DNA of 64,000 nt from the IMG/VR virus record IMGVR_UViG_3300047509_000156, positions 32,001 to 96,000 of that record. The stretch is one strand, 5' to 3'. Below the pieces are notes generated by a model. It was not told where the DNA came from. It searched no databases and saw only the letters and a program-made list of their open reading frames with translations. Positions 9,647-18,593 of this stretch are shown here, piece by piece. The translations under genes were made by a program, and so were the position numbers. Position 1 is the stretch's first letter; every line of letters starts with the position of its first letter. Source of the DNA: a virus.

Positions 9647-10089
9647 TCCGATACCGGAAAGTCGTTCTTCAGCACCCTGAGCGTCAAGTCGGCCCAGGAT
9701 TCCTTGTCGTTGTTCTTGATCCACGAGAGTTCATCGGGTTTGATGGGCGTGCTTCCGTACTTCGCCTGGCCCATCTGGAACTTGAGTAGGATGTACTCGA
9801 ATAGGCCGAACTCCGTGAACAGCCACTTGAGCGAGCATGGCGTGCCAAAGGCGTATTCATTGCCGGCCTGTCTCTCAAGGAAAGTGTCCTCGATCCGGTG
9901 AAAATTGTCCGCCGATGAGAATTCCCGCAGCGCCATCATACGGTTGAAGGCCCACTGCTCATGTCGCGTCTGGAATCGCAACTCCATGTCCATGTCGCAC
10001 GGTGCCAGGATATAGCGATTCTTTCTCTCTCCCTGCCCATACCACCACTCGACGGGAGCCTTGAGGAGCAATTGCGCGTCGGACGGCAC
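9511..10089 (-). CDS. Tail assembly chaperone (gpG-like)
   Basis: Between tail tube and tape measure; in-frame slippery heptamer. Confidence 0.7.
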   Translation of the reverse strand: MPSDAQLLLKAPVEWWYGQGERKNRYILAPCDMDMELRFQTRHEQWAFNRMMALREFSSADNFHRIEDTFLERQAGNEYAFGTPCSLKWLFTEFGLFEYILLKFQMGQAKYGSTPIKPDELSWIKNNDKESWADLTLRVLKNDFPVSEGNGQAPPMSGETITETGSSPFLATVVPTPSTAESTPSSVVPPGV

Positions 10090-10127
10090 GATAATTCCTT
10101 TGATAAGATCGGGCGAACCTTATCTTA

Positions 10128-10631
10128 TCACGTAATACCAGGCCCGTATGTGGTCGCGTTCGTCGTCCACGGTTCGTGGTAACCGCCATCGGACTCGCCG
10201 TGGATGGTAACAGGTTGGGCGCCAGGGACTCGGCCGCCATGATCGATCTGGCCGACGCAGACGGCCGGGAAGTTCCAGCCGTTCGTGCCGGTTCCAGAAG
10301 GCTCGATCTTGACGGAATAGAACTCACCGATGGACAGGGAAATGGGAGTGAGGAAGGGGTTGGCGGCGTCGTCGAAGGTCATGTTACGAATCGTGACCCG
10401 CGCCACGGGCACGTCGGCGAGTTTGGCGCTGCTGCCCAGCCAGGTGGCGCCGACGCCAGGGCCTGTCGTCTTGCCGTTGGGAAGGACGAAGTTGGGACCG
10501 GCGATGGAGGTGGGGATGCCCTCGGTGTTGCTCATGTCGAGCAACTGGGCAGTTTCCTGCACGTTCCATTCCTGGGTCGCGTACAGTGTTCCCGCGATGG
10601 TTATGCGGGCATCGACGGCACGGCGGCGCAT
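10128..10631 (-). CDS. Major tail tube protein
   Basis: 167 aa beta-rich; synteny terminator-tube-chaperone-tape measure. Confidence 0.65.
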   Translation of the reverse strand: MRRRAVDARITIAGTLYATQEWNVQETAQLLDMSNTEGIPTSIAGPNFVLPNGKTTGPGVGATWLGSSAKLADVPVARVTIRNMTFDDAANPFLTPISLSIGEFYSVKIEPSGTGTNGWNFPAVCVGQIDHGGRVPGAQPVTIHGESDGGYHEPWTTNATTYGPGIT

Positions 10632-10700
10632 GGGATACCTCTTCTCTGGGGTGTTCCGGCCCCGCGCGAATCCTAGCAGAAGAGGCGTATATGGGAACAG

Positions 10701-11222
10701 TCAGCCCGTTCCCTGACAGGGTTCAACCACCTCGAAGGAGATGTGAAGCGCCGACACGTCGTAGTTCTCGTACCACGCCGGCCTGTCGATGGGAGGGTCC
10801 TCGTCGTAGTTTACCTCGTAGAGTTCGCTGTACTGCCCTGTGACCGTAACCTCCGTTGGAGACCCGGCGACGGCGCGGACGCAGATTTGCTGCCAGGAGA
10901 GGTAATCTGGAAGTCCTGCCGTGTTGTCGAGGTTTCCTGCTGCGATGCGGGTGAGTTCGACGATGTAGGTGTTCAGTTTCGTGTTCAGGCCGTTGGCGCG
11001 GGGATCGGCTGTCGTGTTCCAGACGGAGCGGACTGGACGCCCTGAGCAGGTGACGTAGATGAGGGGAAGATTCTCAGGAACGATGTCGGCCTCTTTTTTC
11101 GGCACTTTTCCAGTTATAACCGTGACCGGCGTGCCATTCGTTGTCGCCAGGCTCAGGCCGCTGACGACGTTGTAGGTGCCAACGAGAAGATCATTCCAAT
11201 TGGATACGGGTGTGGTAGGCAT
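10701..11222 (-). CDS. Tail terminator/completion protein
   Basis: Size, acidic C-terminus, LPLIYV strand, position before tube gene. Confidence 0.5.
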   Translation of the reverse strand: MPTTPVSNWNDLLVGTYNVVSGLSLATTNGTPVTVITGKVPKKEADIVPENLPLIYVTCSGRPVRSVWNTTADPRANGLNTKLNTYIVELTRIAAGNLDNTAGLPDYLSWQQICVRAVAGSPTEVTVTGQYSELYEVNYDEDPPIDRPAWYENYDVSALHISFEVVEPCQGTG

Positions 11223-11226
11223 GCCG

Positions 11227-12003
11227 CTATTCTAGCGGCGGCAGGCCGACAGCGGCGCGGCCATAGGCGATGCAGGCTTTCGACAGATAGGCGTTGGCGT
11301 CGATAATCGAGTTGTACCGGCGGCGAAGAGGCTCTCGAAACCCATCTCTTTCGTCAACTTCTCCTTCCAAGAGGCCAGCAACGCCTTTCACAATCATGCT
11401 TCTGTCTTCAGGACTGACATATGGATACTCGCCAAGGTATTCAAGAATACTGCAATACCAGCGGTAGTATTCCCTTCCCTCGAAAATTGGTACTACTGTT
11501 GACGGCGCACGGTCGCGTAGTACGACCTCCTCGATGGGGTGTTTGCTGAAGATAATGTCGGCGTGCTTGAGGAACCGTTCCTGCGTCAGGGCGATCCGGG
11601 CGATGAATCCACGACGGAAGACGACGCTCATATCGCCGGGACGCATATCGCGATAGAGAGGTTCGCGGTTGTGCAGGCACTGTAGCGGCATGTCGCCTGT
11701 CATCTCTTCCCAGACGAGTGGAAAAAGTTCTAACTCGCGGTAGAGGATATCCCTGGTGTCCATGTCGTCGCAAGCACAAGTGCCGTTTGTGTGCTGCCCA
11801 CCGCCACGCTTGCGGACACAGGAACCACAGGAGCATTTCTGACGCACCGGATCGAGCGTCAACTGGCCACGGATAAAATCGGCCAGGTTGTCGCGGCCGT
11901 TTTCCTCGAACCAGTCGGCCAGTGCCAGACGCGGTAGATCGTCTCGTGGGGATTCGAGGATAGAGTACATCAGGCTGACGCCGGTATCGACGGTCAATCG
12001 CAT
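11227..12003 (-). CDS. TIGR02996 domain-like protein
   Basis: ILESPRDDLPRLALADWFEENG...ADFIRGQL; FRRGF...HPIEEV; AGGAGG RBS. Confidence 0.85.
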   Translation of the reverse strand: MRLTVDTGVSLMYSILESPRDDLPRLALADWFEENGRDNLADFIRGQLTLDPVRQKCSCGSCVRKRGGGQHTNGTCACDDMDTRDILYRELELFPLVWEEMTGDMPLQCLHNREPLYRDMRPGDMSVVFRRGFIARIALTQERFLKHADIIFSKHPIEEVVLRDRAPSTVVPIFEGREYYRWYCSILEYLGEYPYVSPEDRSMIVKGVAGLLEGEVDERDGFREPLRRRYNSIIDANAYLSKACIAYGRAAVGLPPLE

Positions 12004-12145
12004 ATCCTCCTGGCGATCGTGGTCCAGTATGCCAGTTTTTTGCGGAGTATCGGCGCACAGGTGATAACCGTGCCGTCCTTCACGGTAAAGCCGGCACAAA
12101 GATAGGACGTGGTTACTTGATACAGGCCATCAGCAAGGTTTGTTT

Positions 12146-12484
12146 TCACAGCTTAACCACACTGCCGTCGCAAATTTCGTTCAGGAACGGATATTCGGCA
12201 TTCTGCGGGTGATCGTAGTATTTCCTGCCGCAGTCCGAGCAGACGCAATCGCCACCGCAGCGGTCCCGGTCGAGGCGCGCCACGTCCTTACATCGCAGCA
12301 CCTCACGTGTCCTTGACGTGGCTACCTGTCGTCTCTCGACGGCGTGGAGCCAGCACAGATGGGTGAGGCTATCGCCTCACCCAGATGGGTGGGTTACTGG
12401 CAGGCTGGCGTCGGGAACGCTATCGCAATACTCCGTCGCCTCGTCGCAGAAAGCACACGTCAGGGATACTTCGGCTGGTTTCAT
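12146..12484 (-). pseudogene. Cys-rich ORF with one internal TGA (or two short in-frame genes)
   Basis: MKPAEVSLTCAFC...PSG*GDS...CVCSDCGRKYYDHP...ICDGSVVKL*. Confidence 0.4.
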
Positions 12485-12774
12485 CGACTGTCCTCGTAGT
12501 TGTTTCTCGTCAGATTACGGATCTCCGCATCAATTCCCTCGGAGTCGAGGGTAATGTGCGTTCTTGGTTTAGTGGCGAAGAACTCCTCGATCTTCTGCCG
12601 CACTTCACCGGCTGTCATGGTGCCCGGCCAGGTGGTGCGGTATTCCTTGAACTCGCTGTAGCATTCTCCGCAGATGTAGTAGCCGCACAGAAGGCCGCAG
12701 TGGGGGCAGGGGAAGTTCACAACGTCGCACATACAGTTCCCGCAGCCGTACCGGTGGCAGGCAAGTACGCTCAT
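12481..12774 (-). CDS. Hypothetical Cys-rich protein
   Basis: Several CxxC motifs; coupled to neighbours. Confidence 0.6.
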   Translation of the reverse strand: MSVLACHRYGCGNCMCDVVNFPCPHCGLLCGYYICGECYSEFKEYRTTWPGTMTAGEVRQKIEEFFATKPRTHITLDSEGIDAEIRNLTRNNYEDSR

Positions 12775-13211
12775 TTATTCATCTCCTCTTCCATCAACCC
12801 CGTCGCTTCGAGGAAGAACGCCGCGATACCTACGCGAAGCATATCCACGGGAGAAACTCCATTATCCTTGGCTGCCTTTATCGTTGCGGCGGCAACGATG
12901 ATCAGACTGTCGTCTTTCATGGCGCGGTGGATGTCGTTCTCGCTGAACCAGGATTCCCCCATGCACTCCAGTCGCCGCATCCGCCCAGGAGCGGGCGCCT
13001 TGAGTGTACCCTTCTCCACATTGACGCCAATATTAGCTTCGAGTAGTCCCAGAATGCCGACAACGAAGGCGTCCTTGACGAGCCTCTGCACGTCGGTGTC
13101 CTCCGGATCGAACGGATGCCGGCGGATCAGGTCCTCGATGCCTCCTCCACGGCGAAGGTTCTGCCAGAGAGCGTCGGCAACGGCAGCGTGTTCTTCAGGT
13201 ACGTCGGACAT
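12771..13211 (-). CDS. Hypothetical protein
   Basis: AGGAG RBS, downstream of promoter motif. Confidence 0.65.
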   Translation of the reverse strand: MSDVPEEHAAVADALWQNLRRGGGIEDLIRRHPFDPEDTDVQRLVKDAFVVGILGLLEANIGVNVEKGTLKAPAPGRMRRLECMGESWFSENDIHRAMKDDSLIIVAAATIKAAKDNGVSPVDMLRVGIAAFFLEATGLMEEEMNK

Positions 13212-13241
13212 GGGTGTTCTCCTGGGTGGGCGACTCTATCC

Positions 13242-13268
13242 TATACGCGGCCGTCGCTATTGTGTGAC
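13242..13268 (-). promoter_or_regulatory. GTCACA-N15-CGTATA motif copy 1
   Basis: Exact motif, intergenic, oriented to 12771..13211. Confidence 0.8.
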
Positions 13269-13282
13269 AGGAAACCCGGACG

Positions 13283-13468
13283 TTACGGCGTCATCCCCAT
13301 TCGATATGTCTTCTGTAGGCTCATCCGAGACTGCCAGGATTTACCCTTTTCCTGCCTCCAGATCCACAGGTAGCACAGCCTATCGCACCAGACGCAGTAG
13401 ACATCCCACGTCCCCCACGGATCGGCGACGGGGACAGGCTTGCCGCAGTGGGGGCAGGGGAAGTTCAC
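13283..13468 (-). CDS. Small Zn-finger protein
   Basis: GTG start NFPCPHCG...CVWC. Confidence 0.5.
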   Translation of the reverse strand: MNFPCPHCGKPVPVADPWGTWDVYCVWCDRLCYLWIWRQEKGKSWQSRMSLQKTYRMGMTP

Positions 13469-13746
13469 GTCGTCCTCTCGGGGATTGCCGCGATGTCGAA
13501 CTCGATGGGTTCGACTGGTTCTCCCTTGTCGTACCTGCTGATGAAATCCTGCAAGGCATCCGGTGTCAGGTGTCTTCCACCGCCAATACTGACGTGAAAG
13601 GGACTGACACTGACGTAGTTCGTCAGGAGCGGGTCGTACTGCTCGGGCCAGCCGAGTGTCCTGAGAATGCACAGCGACCCGGCGCACTTGCGGGCGTCGC
13701 TCCTGATGCCCCTGTCGATGTCTTCCTGCGTTATCTGGAATTTCAT
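13465..13746 (-). CDS. Hypothetical protein
   Basis: ITQEDIDRG-type N-terminus, AAGGAG RBS. Confidence 0.65.
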   Translation of the reverse strand: MKFQITQEDIDRGIRSDARKCAGSLCILRTLGWPEQYDPLLTNYVSVSPFHVSIGGGRHLTPDALQDFISRYDKGEPVEPIEFDIAAIPERTT

Positions 13747-14108
13747 GGGTCTCTCCTTCCGAATGTCTGCTTGACCGCCTCAATGATGGCAGAAACGTCC
13801 TCTTCCGTGCCGCGTTTCTTCGTGATGGGCAGGAAATACTTACCGCTCGACGGCCACCACTGAAATATCTGCGCCGAGCCTTCGTAGAGACAGACGTGAG
13901 GAACTTTGGCCGGTTGAATCATACTGATGCGGACCTCGATCCCCAGTGGCGTCATGGCGTCTGTTAGTTGTCGTAGAATGTCGGCGTAGTCACCCGTATC
14001 ATCGGTGCCGACGCCAGAGTGTTCGCCACCGCCCATTCCACGTTGGCGTGGTCTCCTTCGCCTGCCTCCTCTTGGCTGTGTCATGTCGTTCTCTGGCTCC
14101 TGTGACAC
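13743..14108 (-). CDS. Hypothetical protein
   Basis: ORF coupled to downstream gene. Confidence 0.5.
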   Translation of the reverse strand: MSQEPENDMTQPRGGRRRRPRQRGMGGGEHSGVGTDDTGDYADILRQLTDAMTPLGIEVRISMIQPAKVPHVCLYEGSAQIFQWWPSSGKYFLPITKKRGTEEDVSAIIEAVKQTFGRRDP

Positions 14109-14186
14109 GTTTTCGCTCGTCCACCACTCCTCTTCGCCCGCCTCGCGGATTCGGCAAGGCAGTGCGTTATCCTCGCAGTACCACTT

Positions 14187-14516
14187 TCACACTGTCTCCA
14201 GCGGTGAAAGAAGCGGCATGTCGAGCGTGACGACGAGTTCTCCTGTTTCTAGAGCGTTCTCGAATCGCGCCGAATCGTACTCGTCGAGTTCGATACCGCA
14301 CACCGTTCGCGCCTCGGCTGTCGGCAGGGGAATGTCTCTCACCTTGTAGCGTTTCTGCGACTCGATCACCTTCTCGCGTCTTCGCCTCAGTTCTCCCGTG
14401 ACGAATCGTCGCAGATCGTCTTCGAGCCAGTCCTGCCGATCCAGCCAGTCTAGGTAGCCAATCGGGATATCACTCCACCGCTTCCCGACGTACTTCCCGA
14501 ACGGCATGACTCGCAT
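14187..14516 (-). CDS. DUF3820-like protein
   Basis: MPFGKYVG...DIPIGYLDWL motif. Confidence 0.7.
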   Translation of the reverse strand: MRVMPFGKYVGKRWSDIPIGYLDWLDRQDWLEDDLRRFVTGELRRRREKVIESQKRYKVRDIPLPTAEARTVCGIELDEYDSARFENALETGELVVTLDMPLLSPLETV

Positions 14517-14559
14517 AATAGTTTCCCTCTGCGCAGACCTTCCCCCGGCACACTCCCTC

Positions 14560-15095
14560 ACTCCCTCCTGGGTCCTGTAAGCCTTCGTGTCCTACCCTGC
14601 GTGGGAACAGCGATCATCTGCGTCGTGGCTTGTGCCGCGATCAGGATGCTCTTGTTCCCACTGCCGGATCGTTTGCGATTTTGACTGGGCGAGTGTCGTT
14701 TCGCGTTGGCTTTCTTACAGTCCCCTATCGGTCGTTCGGTCGTTTCGGTGTGTTCGGCGGCCTGGGCTATTGGCCATAACCGCCTCTCCGACACCGGCCA
14801 CCCCTCGGAACGTCGCTTTCCGCTTGGAACCCGTAGGTCCTCTTCCCTAGCCCGCCAGGAACTACCCCCGGCCTGCTGGACTACCGACTTGCTGGCGGGA
14901 ATCGGCCTTTCGTGGGAAAGTGATCAGCAAGTACCACTTTCGCAGCCGACGCACCGGCGTTTCGTCTCCGGCGCTTCTCTTGTCGATGGGGTTCGTCTTG
15001 CGGCACTTGGAAGGGAATCCTAGAATTGCCTTCATGGTGACGCCGCCAAGCAGACACCATCGTGCCGAACTCGTTCTGGGTTCGGCATCGTTATT
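14560..15095 (-). ncRNA. Candidate large structured non-coding RNA
   Basis: Gene-free gap containing about nine stems with G-U pairs favouring the minus strand and a long-range closing helix. Confidence 0.5.
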
Positions 15096-15114
15096 GATAC
15101 AGTATCTCCCGCTT

Positions 15115-15951
15115 CTACGCAATCAGTCTTCCGAGAGTCAACTTGTCCGACAGGTCGATCTGCCGCTTCCGCCGATCCGCCTGGGCATAGAGTGCCCGCA
15201 TGAATCCTGGGTGCGCACGCAACTTGTCCAACGCCCGCGCCACCAGTTGCCGCACCCTCTCCCTGGTAATTCCCAACTCGTTGCCGATATCCTGTAACGT
15301 CCTATCCTCGAAGACGTGCAGGCAAAGAAGACGGAAATCGCGGTCGCTGTCCACGGTGATTTTGAGCAGCAAGAGCAGTTGCTCTGGTAACTCTTTCTCG
15401 ACTTCCTCGGTTTCCTCTCGGTCGAGAACCTCGAAGATGTGGTTCTCCTCGCGATGTGATGACGGGTTGCCGTGAGAGTCGCTTACTCGCTCCAGTTCGC
15501 TGAAATGGATGGGAATGCGGATTTGGTTCTTGCTTCCACTCCGGTACTGAGGCCCGACACGCAGATCAGCCGATTCGGCTGCGATGCCGATGTATGAGCG
15601 TATCCAGTGGTAGGCAAAAGAGGAAAACTTGGCGCCAGTTTCCTCATCCCACGGCAAATCGCTGTAGGGGTGCCATGCCCACGGAGTAATGTACCGCTGG
15701 GCGGCAACAGATAGTCCTATCCAGCCGGCGTCGATCAGGTCGTCGAAGTATTGATCGGTGATGGCTTTGAAACCAACAACGGCCCAGCCATAGCGCCGAC
15801 GTGCCAGGGCGCAGGCGATCCGCCGCGCCTCCTTCCATACCAGTCCCTGGTTGTCGGTAACGAGTTGTTGCTCCTCGGGAGTCAGTTTTCGCAGGGGTGC
15901 GTACTTGACCCTACCCGAAAGGTGCCCAAGATGATGATTGTCGGCGTCCAT
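15115..15951 (-). CDS. Sigma-70 family RNA polymerase sigma factor
   Basis: NQGLVWKEA, DLIDAGWIGL, KFSSFAYHWIR (region 2); TLQDIGNELGITRERVRQL (region 4). Confidence 0.92.
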   Translation of the reverse strand: MDADNHHLGHLSGRVKYAPLRKLTPEEQQLVTDNQGLVWKEARRIACALARRRYGWAVVGFKAITDQYFDDLIDAGWIGLSVAAQRYITPWAWHPYSDLPWDEETGAKFSSFAYHWIRSYIGIAAESADLRVGPQYRSGSKNQIRIPIHFSELERVSDSHGNPSSHREENHIFEVLDREETEEVEKELPEQLLLLLKITVDSDRDFRLLCLHVFEDRTLQDIGNELGITRERVRQLVARALDKLRAHPGFMRALYAQADRRKRQIDLSDKLTLGRLIA

Positions 15952-16008
15952 GTTTCTCCTTCGCTGACTGGCCACGGATGTTAGAAGCATCGCGTGGCCT
16001 TTCCCTTA

Positions 16009-16035
16009 TATACGCTCAATCGGGCAACTTGTGAC
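16009..16035 (-). promoter_or_regulatory. GTCACA-N15-CGTATA motif copy 2 (upstream of sigma gene)
   Basis: Exact motif about 60 nt before the sigma ATG. Confidence 0.8.
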
Positions 16036-16276
16036 AGACGTGATCGGGTTGCACGTCCTCACCGGCTGCCGGGATACCCAACAGGGCAGCGGGGGCGCCG
16101 AAAGATTCGAGAACACCGTCGCGCATTTTCTCGTAGCCTTCGGCGTACTGTGCCGAACCGCACTCGTCCGTCATGTAGACGGGCAAGCCGCGATCGGGTG
16201 CCATGATCCATTCTTGTTGGGGCAGCATACCAAAGACGCTCCCCAGCGACACGATGATCGAGTCCTTCTCTTCCAT
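16016..16276 (-). CDS. Hypothetical protein
   Basis: ORF in operon. Confidence 0.5.
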   Translation of the reverse strand: MEEKDSIIVSLGSVFGMLPQQEWIMAPDRGLPVYMTDECGSAQYAEGYEKMRDGVLESFGAPAALLGIPAAGEDVQPDHVCHKLPD

Positions 16277-16277
16277 C

Positions 16278-16664
16278 TCACACTCTCTTCTGTACGTAGG
16301 TATTGATCCTCTGATCGTTCAACCCGGTAGCCACCCCACCCATGCGGACGATGTTCCACGTCGTTCCATCGGCTAGAGTCCAGTAGTCGGCAATCTTCGG
16401 TTTCGGACATGGTGATGGAGTCGCGGCGGCAAGGATCTCGGCCCAGACTTCCACCATCTTCGTCGATTTGGCAAGCGTGGCGCCGACGTGGGATACCTCG
16501 ATAGCCGTCAGGGGACGGGATTTCACGAACGGCATTCCGTATTTTACAAACACCCCGTCTGACACCTTGACGTTCAGGGTCACTGTCTGATTGCTTTGTG
16601 CTTCCGGCTCGGTATTCGGTTCAGTCAGCCAATGAAAATCGCCTCCAAGGATGGCGTCGAGCAT
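16278..16664 (-). CDS. Hypothetical protein, possibly head-closure-like
   Basis: 128 aa beta-rich, PKPKIADYWT...TWNI pattern. Confidence 0.4.
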   Translation of the reverse strand: MLDAILGGDFHWLTEPNTEPEAQSNQTVTLNVKVSDGVFVKYGMPFVKSRPLTAIEVSHVGATLAKSTKMVEVWAEILAAATPSPCPKPKIADYWTLADGTTWNIVRMGGVATGLNDQRINTYVQKRV

Positions 16665-16766
16665 TTTCCTCTACCTCTCGTCTGCAAAGACTATAGGATA
16701 GATTGAAAGCCCTGGCGTGGTGTAAACACCCAGGGCACGACACGAACCACCTTCAGGGAGATGGCC

Positions 16767-17381
16767 ATGTCCAGTCAGGATACTCCTTTTCGGCTAGCCA
16801 GGAAATGCCTTTGGTGCGGGACCGGCTTTGTCGCTAGGCTCTGTGACGTTGTCAGGGGAAGGGGGAACTTTTGCAGCCGCACCTGTTCGTCAAGGTACAG
16901 GTGCGCAAACAGTAAATTTTCCACGACTGATCTGTTCTGGTTGAAGGTCGATAAGAATGGACCTGTGCAGGAGCATTGTCCAGAAATAGGACCATGCTGG
17001 GTGTGGACGGCCTGTAAGTTTCCCAACGGATACGGCAAGTTTCGTAGCGGGTCGGCCCACCGTGCCAGTTGGAAGATCAGCAATGGCGACATCCCAGAAG
17101 GCATTAGAGTTCTCCATCGCTGCGACAATCCTCCGTGCGTAAATCCATGCCACCTCTTTCTTGGGACCGACGCTGACAATAAGCAAGACGCGGTTGCCAA
17201 GTGTAGGCATTATTGCGGCGACGGCCACCATCTGGCGGTTCTGAACGAGGAAATCGTTCGCAAGGCGCGAGCGATGTACGAGAATGGTATGAGAGCCTGC
17301 GATGTTGCTCGTAGCCTCGATGCTCCTTATGGGCCGATACTGCAAGCCGTCACTAGGAGAACGTGGAAGCATGTCTCCTAG
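16767..17381 (+). CDS. HNH homing endonuclease (antisense)
   Basis: CWVWT, GYGKF, AHRASW, VLHRCDNPPCVNPCHLFLGT..DN. Confidence 0.9.
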   Translation: MSSQDTPFRLARKCLWCGTGFVARLCDVVRGRGNFCSRTCSSRYRCANSKFSTTDLFWLKVDKNGPVQEHCPEIGPCWVWTACKFPNGYGKFRSGSAHRASWKISNGDIPEGIRVLHRCDNPPCVNPCHLFLGTDADNKQDAVAKCRHYCGDGHHLAVLNEEIVRKARAMYENGMRACDVARSLDAPYGPILQAVTRRTWKHVS

Positions 17382-17689
17382 TCGCAGGTCGGGCAGCGGT
17401 ATCCTTTGAGACGTTCGTGGACCATTATACCGCCGCACTTCGCACAGCGCCCGTCGTCGCGGCACAGCTTACCAATAGCCTCCTCTACGGCGGCGTCACG
17501 CTGTTCATCAGTCGAGCCGTTGAACGCCGACGCCACGAGTTTGTTGAGCGACTTCTTCGTGTCGTCTGGTATCCGCTTGTACCAGCAGGAGGAGCAAATG
17601 CCACGCTCGCCCTCGTGGATCGAGTGCAGAACGCGGTTACAGCCTTCCACGGTACAGCGGTCGTGGACGGTGATTGTTCGGGTGGCCAT
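17378..17689 (-). CDS. Hypothetical Zn-ribbon protein
   Basis: CAKCGG...CPTC. Confidence 0.6.
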   Translation of the reverse strand: MATRTITVHDRCTVEGCNRVLHSIHEGERGICSSCWYKRIPDDTKKSLNKLVASAFNGSTDEQRDAAVEEAIGKLCRDDGRCAKCGGIMVHERLKGYRCPTCD

Positions 17690-17700
17690 TCTCTTCTCCT

Positions 17701-17934
17701 TCAGACTGCCTTCTTTCGCACCTTGACCGTGACGACTCCAGCGACTGGGCCGTCAAACCGCCCCAACTCTTCCAGTTCGGGGAACTTCGCCAGGAGTTTC
17801 CGGACATAGCGATCCGCCTTGCCTGGGTCGATGTCCGTGCAGAAGGCGATCACTCCACCATTCATGGCCTGCTGGCCGATGATCGTGATGCGGTCATCCT
17901 CGGGCAGATCGGCAATGTCGGCGAAGGCGGTCAT
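17701..17934 (-). CDS. Hypothetical protein
   Basis: ATGA overlap with upstream gene. Confidence 0.55.
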   Translation of the reverse strand: MTAFADIADLPEDDRITIIGQQAMNGGVIAFCTDIDPGKADRYVRKLLAKFPELEELGRFDGPVAGVVTVKVRKKAV

Positions 17935-18140
17935 GATTGGCACCCCCGGATGCAGCGATAACCGTACAGACGATAATGGGCCATCTGTCCGCCACATTTG
18001 GGACAACAAAGGCCGGGGCCGTGTTGGACTTCTTCCTCATCCATCTCCTTGAGGATCGCGGCGGCCTTGGCACGGATCTCCTCGACGGTCAACTCGCGGC
18101 CCAGATCGGCGCCGCCGTCGCTTGGGTGGTACGGCCTCAT
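17931..18140 (-). CDS. Small Zn-ribbon protein
   Basis: CPKCGG...GYRC; C-terminus resembles that of 17378..17689. Confidence 0.55.
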   Translation of the reverse strand: MRPYHPSDGGADLGRELTVEEIRAKAAAILKEMDEEEVQHGPGLCCPKCGGQMAHYRLYGYRCIRGCQS

Positions 18141-18586
18141 ATTCCCCCTCCTATGTGCTTCTCTGCTTCCTTACGGCGTTTCTCTTCCCAGAGAGCCTGT
18201 GCTTCTTCCGGCGTCGCGCCGACGGGGATCACGCGGTCGCCGTTCGCCTCGACCCAGTAGAACGCGGCCTGCTTGTGCAGGACCCTACCGCAGGCAATGT
18301 CGGCCGCGTCGAGCGGCGCTTCCACGTAACTGAACAGGTCGAAGTGCGTGCCGCAGTGGACGCACATCGTCCCGCCGTAGAATTTCGGATTTCTGGCGTA
18401 GGTCTCGCACAGGGCGAGCCCCATGTGCGTGTCGCAACCGCACTTCATGTGCCGGTAGGAGCGGTAGACGGGCATGACAAAACCCTTGGCGCGTTCCTCT
18501 TCGGAGAGGACGAGATACGCTACCTGTTGCCCGTCTGGTTGATGTTCTCGCAGTCGCGGGTCTTTCGGATCGGTTGTCAGTCCCAT
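18137..18586 (-). CDS. Phage hypothetical Zn-binding protein
   Basis: YLVLSEEERAKGFV.PV..SY.H..CG, ETYARNPKFYGGTMCVHC. Confidence 0.7.
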   Translation of the reverse strand: MGLTTDPKDPRLREHQPDGQQVAYLVLSEEERAKGFVMPVYRSYRHMKCGCDTHMGLALCETYARNPKFYGGTMCVHCGTHFDLFSYVEAPLDAADIACGRVLHKQAAFYWVEANGDRVIPVGATPEEAQALWEEKRRKEAEKHIGGGI

Positions 18587-18593
18587 CAGTACC

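Noticed and set aside
12385-13863. Long plus-strand ORFs (492 aa here; also 1126..2319, 7778..9017, 59493..60425; minus 41043..42275)
   Set aside because: Antisense shadows of well-supported genes in GC-rich DNA
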